Origin: Chromera velia
Lineage: Eukaryota
Length of the DNA stretch: 20,000 nucleotides
Direction: 5' to 3'
Assembly (NCBI GenBank): GCA_018398765.1
Contig: JAHBMJ010000135.1
Span: 114,516-134,515, forward strand
In this document: one piece after another, positions 11,068 through 18,100 of the stretch
How the letters are laid out: every line of letters begins with the position of its first letter
Position numbering within the stretch: the stretch's first letter is position 1
Position numbers and translations under genes: made by a program
Notes under the pieces: generated by a model
Database searches by the model: none
The model's input: the letters and a program-made list of their open reading frames with translations, nothing else
What the model was told of the DNA's origin: nothing

Positions 11068-11071
11068 ACCC

Positions 11072-11136
11072 TTATTATTATTATTATTATTATTATTATT
11101 GATCAGTCTATAGCATCATCATCATCATCATCATCA

Positions 11137-11171
<35 letters not shown>

Positions 11172-11204
11172 CGGTCTATAGGCCATTAATCGGTTATTGT
11201 TATT
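11072..11204 (-). repeat. Stack of (TAA)n/(TGA)n tails interleaved with tiny copies of the element's extreme 3' end
   Basis: (tta)n 11072-11100; gatcagtctatag 11101-11113; (cat)n 11114-11140; (tat)n 11141-11168; aatcggtctataggccat 11169-11186; taatcggt 11187-11194; degenerate tattgttatt 11195-11204. Confidence 0.9.
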
Positions 11205-11631
11205 GATTGGTCTATAGGCCATCATGCAATGCATGAGTCTAGGGCAATGCTGTATTGCCCCTTTGCCAGACCTGCATCACTCATCGGGGTGGAGCTGCCG
11301 TCTGCTAGCTGAAACCCGGCACCTAAATCATGACGTTTAATCGATTTAAGTGCCGTCCCTCACTATAGAAGGCTGCGACAGTCAAACCAATCCAAGGTAC
11401 TGAGAGCAGACAGAGCAAACCAGTGAAGAGGGAGAACAAGGATTGGAATAGATGTACGAGGAAGGCGTTCGAAGGGTCAAAGGGATGAACAATTCAGAAA
11501 AAAACCGTTTGGTCATTGTGCTCGCGTCTTTTATCTGTAAGAGAAGAGGAAAAAGAGATGAAAAGGAAAGAAAACAGAGAAATAAAAAACAGAATAAACT
11601 CCCATTGCTAAGCTTCATACTCAGTCTGCTC

Positions 11632-12809
11632 TCACAGCCACGTTGCAACAAACTTGCCCTTTTGAAGACCAGGTCGGTCACCGTCTCCTTCTCCTGCTGG
11701 ATGGTTTTTGAGCGTGACCCGCACAGCGCGTGTGACTGATGGGAAAGACATGTCAAAGGAGAGGTTCTCTCTGCTGGACGCTTGTTCTTCCCCCTCTTCG
11801 AACTATTCGAAAAAGCTAATCTCGTCTTGAATCTGATCCCATGCCCTCTGATGCCAAGACCTCTTTGCTAACTTAGAAACGACAGTGGGAGTCGTCATCT
11901 GTGCAGTGAAGCGCAGACGAGGACTTATGCGGTCAGAGGGAGGAAGCAGAGAGAAGAGCTGCTGTAAGGAACGTTGCATATTGCATTCTTCCTGCTCTGA
12001 TTCAGAAAGGTGAGATTCTCCGCAGACATGAAGCCGCACCTTACAAAAAGGGAACGCGTCTCCATACCCGCGAACAGAAAAGAGCGAACGCCCATCCCGG
12101 GCGGCAATCATATCGTTGGCATGCTTCTCCGTCATGTCACAACAAAAAACTGCCTCCAGGCCCCTTTGCCTAACAAAATCTACGCCGTCACAGCAAGGCA
12201 GATCCTCCTATACACAAAGGTCAAACAGCTCACGAACAGTCTGAGCTGAGAGCCCAAATGGGTTTTCGCTGAAGTCTCCTTTAAGGAAAAGGTGAATGAA
12301 GTGCACTGGGGCTTGGAGAACCTCAGGAGGAGTAGGTGGGGAGAAGGGTTTTGAGGAACCAACGTCCATGATAGTGGAGTAGACGACTCCAGGGATTTTG
12401 TTGACAGAGCCGCCTTTCAAATTCAAAGAGGAGGATATGGATGCACTGTTGTTAGTAGAGGGCATGTTGGCATCGCTGTGTGGGGAGGGCAAGACGGAGG
12501 CGCTTTGTGGGGGAGGCGTGTTAGCATCGCTTTGTGGGGAGGGCGAGATGGAAGCGCTTTGTGGGGGGGGCGTGTTGGCATCGCTTTGTGGGGAGGGCGA
12601 GATAGAAACGCTGAGAGTCACCTGGAGGGAGGGATTGACGTAAGCTTCAGGAGGTGATAGGTTTGGTGTGAAGGGGGCAGCCGAGGTGGAAAGGGCAGAC
12701 ATAGTTTCCTTCGATGCGGCCTCAGCCGCAACCGACTTCTTTTTGTTTGAGCCTAGGTTTGAGCCAAAGCCTCTCTGAGCAGTCCGATGTGAGGATGGGG
12801 GGGATGTAG
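11632..12809 (-). pseudogene. ORF of element X (about 390 codons, two in-frame TAG stops): Pro/Ser-rich N-part with PAM2-like motif, then an RRM-like domain; ORF1-like
   Basis: ORFs 12208-12837 and 11803-12135 share a frame. Reading through TAG at 12208-12210 and 11803-11805 gives ...VHFIHLFLKGDFSENPFGLSAQTVRELFDLCV*EDLPCCDGVDFVRQRGLEAVFCCDMTEKHANDMIAARDGRSLFSVRGYGDAFPFCKVRLHVC...EISFFE*FEEGEEQASSRENLSFDMSFPSVTRAVRVTLKNHPAGEGDGDRPGLQKGKFVATWL, ending in TGA at 11632-11634. Confidence 0.6.
12461..12612. repeat. 54-bp tandem repeat (about 2.8 copies), in frame, encoding SISPSPQSDANTPPPQSA
   Basis: Units start at 12461, 12515 and 12569 (ggcrtgttrgcatcgctktgtggggagggc...). Confidence 0.9.
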
Positions 12810-15143
12810 TTGGTCTATAGGCCATCATACAATGCATGAGTCTAGGACAATGCTTTATTGCCCCTTTGCCAGACCTGCATCATACAACAGGAGGGGGCTT
12901 CATTCTCGCAACTCTAAACACCCTGCATCTAGAAAATGCTTTCTTAATCGCTGATATCGTTTCCCTTCTGTGGGAGGAGTGCGACAACTGCAACAGAGAC
13001 TCTCAGGCAGTAGAGGCAGACAGGAAGACCGGTGGAGAGGGGGGACGGGAGATGTACTTGGGAGATGGAAAAAGAACATTTAAAAGATGAGATGGGAAGA
13101 GGGGTAAGTAACCATCACATGCATCGAATCGCAGGCCTTATGATGGAGGGCGCAGACAGATGTTTCGCAAGAGTCGCAGGGCTGGTATAGGTGAGTGTCT
13201 GAGTGCCAGGGTGACCTTCATTCGTGCCAACAATTCGCTTTGCGTGGCGTGTTTTAGAGGGGTGGAGTCTTTTAATAGCAACCACTTTCTCTCTCTTTCT
13301 TAGGCTCTGTCTAATTTGGCTTCAATTTCGGGTATAATTGCATTCAGAGCCCCTCGATCTGCTCTTGTTTCTGTGCATTCAGTCAATCAGTGCAGCAAAT
13401 TGTCTGCTTTGCCCCTGCATACAGGGCAAACCGCGTCTTCCAGCCCTCTGTACGGTACATGGGGGCGACCACCGAGCAACATATATAGCAAGGCTGAAAA
13501 AAGGCCTGCATGAGGACCAGATCGCAGCGCAAGGGAGGGAAACGAAACGGGGGGACCAAGGGGATGAGGGAAAAGTAGAGGAAAGGAAGAGGAGAAACGA
13601 ACGTTGGGCAGTAGGATAAGACGTTTGGAACATATTCGGTCTGACGCCTCTGCCAAACTGCAAAACCGCCCCCCGTGAAGCGGCCCTTTCTAAATAACCA
13701 TCAATCCATTTATCAACTTCCCAGTTGATCACTGCTCTTAAGAGAAGGAGACGGCCAACCTTGGTGGCTTTTTTTCTTCTTCTGATGGTTGGATTGACAG
13801 TCACAGATTCTTCCAATCCGGTCGACCCAATCAATTTTTGTGTGTGCATCATAGAGGAAGGACAATCACCATTCATTAAAGCCGACCAGGCACCCGCGGG
13901 CATCTTGAGGTCAATATGTTTTAAGTTAGTCAAATACCCAGCAAGTCTCATCGACACATGCACACGTACAGGAAGTAGACCGACAACACACAGGGTAGGT
14001 ACATGGAAAGAGGAGAGAAACAGATTCAAAGCCCAACGGACAAAGCGCAATTGAAGGATATCTAATGTATCCATGTCTGACTTGCGGACAGGCAGACAGT
14101 CAAACGTGTATAGAGCAACAGGCAACCAGAAAGCGCATAAACACAAAATTTTTGCTGCGGGGGGCAGGCGACCTAAAGAGAGTGCTATGCTCTTTGCATG
14201 ACCCATCCGTCTACTCGCTATGCTAAGCCTTTCTTCTATTACCTCCCTTAAGTCTCCCCCTTCGAACAAAAAAACATCCAGATACTTATACGACCCCACT
14301 CTCTCGACTTCTTTTCCCCCAAACATAAGCCTGCCTTCAATTGTAGGATAAGAGTCGGACAGACGTATGATTTTCATCTTTTTTAAACTAACAGTGAGCC
14401 CTCTCTCTTCACAGAAAGAATTCAATTCATTTAAGCTGACCTGCAGGTTATGCACGCTCTCAGCAACGAGGACAAGGTCATCGGCATAACCAAGGCTATC
14501 GCACTCAACCCCACCGAGCAGAACCTCTGCACGACCGGAAGCCTTCACTCTTTCATGCAGATCATTGATGAAAATCAAGAAGAGAAGAGGGGAGAGAGGA
14601 TCCCCTTGTTTCACCCCTTTCTCTTCTTTGAACATAAAAGGGCTGCCAGTGATACTTCCGTACATATTTGTATACATTGCCCGAATTATTTTGACATCGA
14701 TTGCACTCACCCCTTGCTTTAACAAAACTTTAAATAAAACATCCCTGGGCAGAGAGTCAAAGGCTTTGCTGAAGTCTACAAAGCATGCTAACAAGGGCTT
14801 CTTTCATTTCTTTGCCTTTTGCATCAGCGCGGTAAGTGCTCCAATGGCTTTTCTTGTTCGTACCCCTTGCTGAAAACCCAACTGCCTATGGTCAATCTTC
14901 ACTTGCAATGTAAGACGGGCAGAGAGGAGTGAAGAAAAGAGTTTTGGTAAGAGTGAGACAACATGAATCGGACGTCATTCACTAGGATCAGGGGAAGGAG
15001 GCCCCTTTGGAACCAGAGAGATTTTAATTACATTCCATTCATCTCGCCAAGCGGATGTCAAGTGAATTAAGTTCAAATAGATAAATAACAAAGCACGAGA
15101 AAGAGGTGAATATTGAAAGCAGAGGGAGAGGTGGTTGGGGGCG
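12810..15143 (-). mobile_element. LINE copy B (RT, CCHC and 3' UTR only; no microsatellite tail)
   Basis: Collinear with copy A from about 5231 to 7506. ORF 13379-14794 contains the RT core (FVDFSKAFDS, QGDPLSP, YADD). Stops at 14975 and 14804, frameshift near 13500-13512, family C-terminal TAA at 13138-13140. Confidence 0.95.
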
Positions 15144-18100
15144 TTATCATCATCATCATCATCATCATTATTATTATTATTAATCGGTCTATAGGCCATC
15201 ATGCAGTGCATGAGTCTAGGACAATGCTTTATTGCCCCTTTGCCAGACCTGCATCATACAACGGGAAGGGGCTTCACTCTCGCAACTCTAAACACCCTGT
15301 ATCTAGAAGATGCTTTCTAAATCGCTGATGCCATTTCCCTTCTGTGGGAGGAGTGCGACAACTGCAACAGAGACTCTCAGGCAGTAGAGGCAGACAGGAA
15401 GACCAGTGGAGAGGGGGGACGGGAGATGTACGTGGGAGATGGAAAAAGAACATTCAAAGGTGAGACGGGAAGAGAGGTAAGTAACCATCACATGCATTGA
15501 ATCGCAGGCCTTACGATGGAGGGCGCAGACAGATGTTTTGCAAGAGTCGCAGGGCCGGTATGGGTGAGTATCTGAGTGCCAGGGTGACCTTCATTCGTGC
15601 CAACAATTCGCTTTGCGTGGCGTGTTTTAGAGGGATGGAGTCTATCGATAGCAACCACTTTCTCTCTCTTTCTTGGGCTCTGTCTAATTTAGCTTCAATT
15701 TCGGTTACAATTACATTCAGAGCCTCTCGATCTGCTCTTGTTTCTGTGCATTCAGTCAGCCGGTGCAGTAGATCGTCTGCTTTGCCCCTGCATGCAGGGC
15801 AAACCGCGTCTTCCAGCCCTCTGTACGGTGCATGGGGGCAACCACCAAGCAACATATACAGCAAGGCTGAAAAAGGGGCTGAGGACCAGATCGCAGCGCG
15901 AGGGAGGGAAACGAAACGGGGGGATGAAGGGGATGAAGGGAAAGTAGAGGAAAGGAAGAGGAGAGACGAACGTTGGGCAGTAGGATAAGACGTTTGGAAC
16001 ACATTCGCTCTGACGTCTCTGCCAAACTGCAAAACCGCCCCCCGTGAAGGGGCCTTTTCTAGACAACCATCAATCTATTCATCAACTTCCTGGTTGATCA
16101 CTGCTCTTAAGAGAAGGAGACAGCCAACCTTGGTGGCTTTCTTTCTTCTTCTGATGGTTGGATTGACAGTCACAAACTCTTCCAATCCGGTCGACCCAAT
16201 CAATTTTTGTGCATGCATCATAGAGGAAGGACAATCACCATTCATTAAAGCCGACCAGGCACCCACGGGCATCTTGAGGTCAATATGTTTTAAGTTAGTC
16301 AAATACCCAACAAGTCTCATCGACACATGCACATGTACAGGAAGTAGACCGACAGCACACAGAGTAGGTACACGGAAAGAGGAGAGAAACAGATTCAAAG
16401 CCTAACGGATAAAGCGCAATTGAAGGACATCTAATGCATCCATGTCTGACTTGCGGACAGGCAGACAGTCAAACGCGTATAGAGCAACAGGCAACCAGAA
16501 AGCGCATAAACACAAAATTTTTGTTGCGGGGGGCAGGCGACCTAAAGAGAGTGCTATGCTCTTTGCATGACCCATCCGTCTACTCACTATGCTAAGCCTT
16601 TCTTCTATTACCTCCCTTAAGTCTCCCCCTTCGAACAAAAGAACACCCAGATACTTATACGACCCCACTCTCTCGACTTCTTTTCCCCCAAACATAAGCC
16701 TGCCTTCAATTGCAGGGTAAGAGTCGGACAGACGCATGATTTTCATCTTTTTTAAATTAACAGTGAGCCCCCTCTCTTCACAGAAAGAATTCAATTCATT
16801 CAAGCTGACCTGCAAGTCATACACGCTCTCAGCAACGAGGACAAGGTCATCGGCATAACCAAGGCTATCGCACTCAACCCCACCGAGCAGAACCTCTGCA
16901 CGACCGGAAGCCTTCACTCTTTCATGCAGATCATTCATGAAAATCAAGAAAAGAAGAGGAGAGAGAGGATCCCCTTGTTTCACCCCTTTCTCTTCTTTGA
17001 ACATAAAAGGGCTGCCAGTGATACTTCCGTACATATTTGTATACATTGCCCGAATTATTTTAACATCGATTGCACTCACCCCTTGCTTTAACAAAACTTT
17101 AAACAAAACATCCCTGGGCAGAGAGTCAAAGGCTTTGCTGAAGTCTACAAAGCATGCTAACAAGGGCTTCTTTCATTTCTTTGCCTTTTACATCAGCGCG
17201 GTAAGTGCCCTGATGGCTTCTCTTGTTCCCACCCCTTGCTAAAAACCCAACTGCCTATGGTTAATCTTCACTTGCGATGTAAGACGGGCAGAGAGGAGTG
17301 AAGAAAAGAGTTTTGGTAAGAGTGAGACAACATGAATCGGACGCCATTCACCAGGGTCGGGGGAAGGAGGCCCTTTTAGAACCGGACAGATTTTAATTAC
17401 ATTCCATTCATCTCGCCAAGCGGATGTCAAGTGAATTAAGTTCAAATGGATAAATAACAAAGCACGAGAGAGAGGCGAATATTGAAAGCAGAGCGAGAGG
17501 TGGTTGGGGGCAAGTCCGGACAACCCTGTAGCCTTTTCTTCCTTTATGGACCGGAGGACTTTCCTTATTTCTTCTATGCAAAAATAAGGGCGAGACGGAG
17601 GGATTGGTGGGGGCAAAGGGGGAGAGTGAATGCCAGAGGGAACCTGATGAGAATGGGTATGCAGTTGCGAAAAAACGCCAGGGTGCAAAGAAGAGTTAAA
17701 AACGGGTGGGGCTGGCTGCAAAGGAGGGAAAAGGGGAGCACTTTCTTGTGCAGATTCCCTACCAGAGGGAGAGTCAGCGAAGATGGAAGCCCAGTGACAG
17801 GCAAAGTCCTTTACTGAAGGCTGGGAACCAGGAGGGGCTTTCTCTCTATTGCTTCTTTGCAGCTTTCTTCTCAATGACCAGACCTTTGAAGGGTTAGAGG
17901 ACAACTCGAGAGCAACCTTTTCTGCACAGAGCTTTTTGTACGCCTTTCTTTTCTTGTTGTGCAATCGCTGATATCTGTGGGCCTGCCTCTCAACTGTCTG
18001 TCTTAAGGCAACCACGTTTGCTCTGCTGCTCCCACTTCTCCCCTCATTCTCACATGATTCCACAAGTTTGTTCAACGCCTTCCTTGCTTCCCTCCAAAGT

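Larger units (their letters stand above)
5190..11071 (-). mobile_element. Non-LTR retrotransposon (APE-RT LINE, RTE/RTEX-like), copy A; probably 5'-truncated, decayed
   Basis: APE motifs IATLNVKGL, ILTETR, GGVAVLI, TGDFNAH, TLIDFFLV. RT motifs QLGF, FVDFSKAFDS, GVKQGDPLSPLLF, YADD, YKYLG. About 330-nt 3' UTR and a (TAA)n(TGA)n tail at 5190-5229. Clearly homologous to copies B and C along its length. Confidence 0.95.
11205..12809 (-). mobile_element. Element X: putative non-autonomous retroelement sharing the LINE 3' UTR but carrying a different ORF
   Basis: 11205-11279 nearly matches the LINE terminus (5229-5303). Collinear patches continue to about 11475. Upstream sequence is unrelated to the RT ORF. 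A tail stack follows the 3' end. Confidence 0.75.

Noticed and set aside
10005..11181. Plus-strand poly-Lys/poly-Glu ORFs
   Set aside because: Shadow translations of the GAA tracts on the strand opposite the retroelement ORF.
11270..11390. Possible hammerhead/HDV ribozyme, tRNA or SECIS in the X 3' UTR
   Set aside because: ccgatgag and gaaac are on opposite strands, and no complete catalytic core, cloverleaf or SECIS geometry could be built by eye.
12461..12612. CRISPR-like repeat array
   Set aside because: Contiguous 54-bp coding repeats without unique spacers, in a eukaryotic context with no cas genes.
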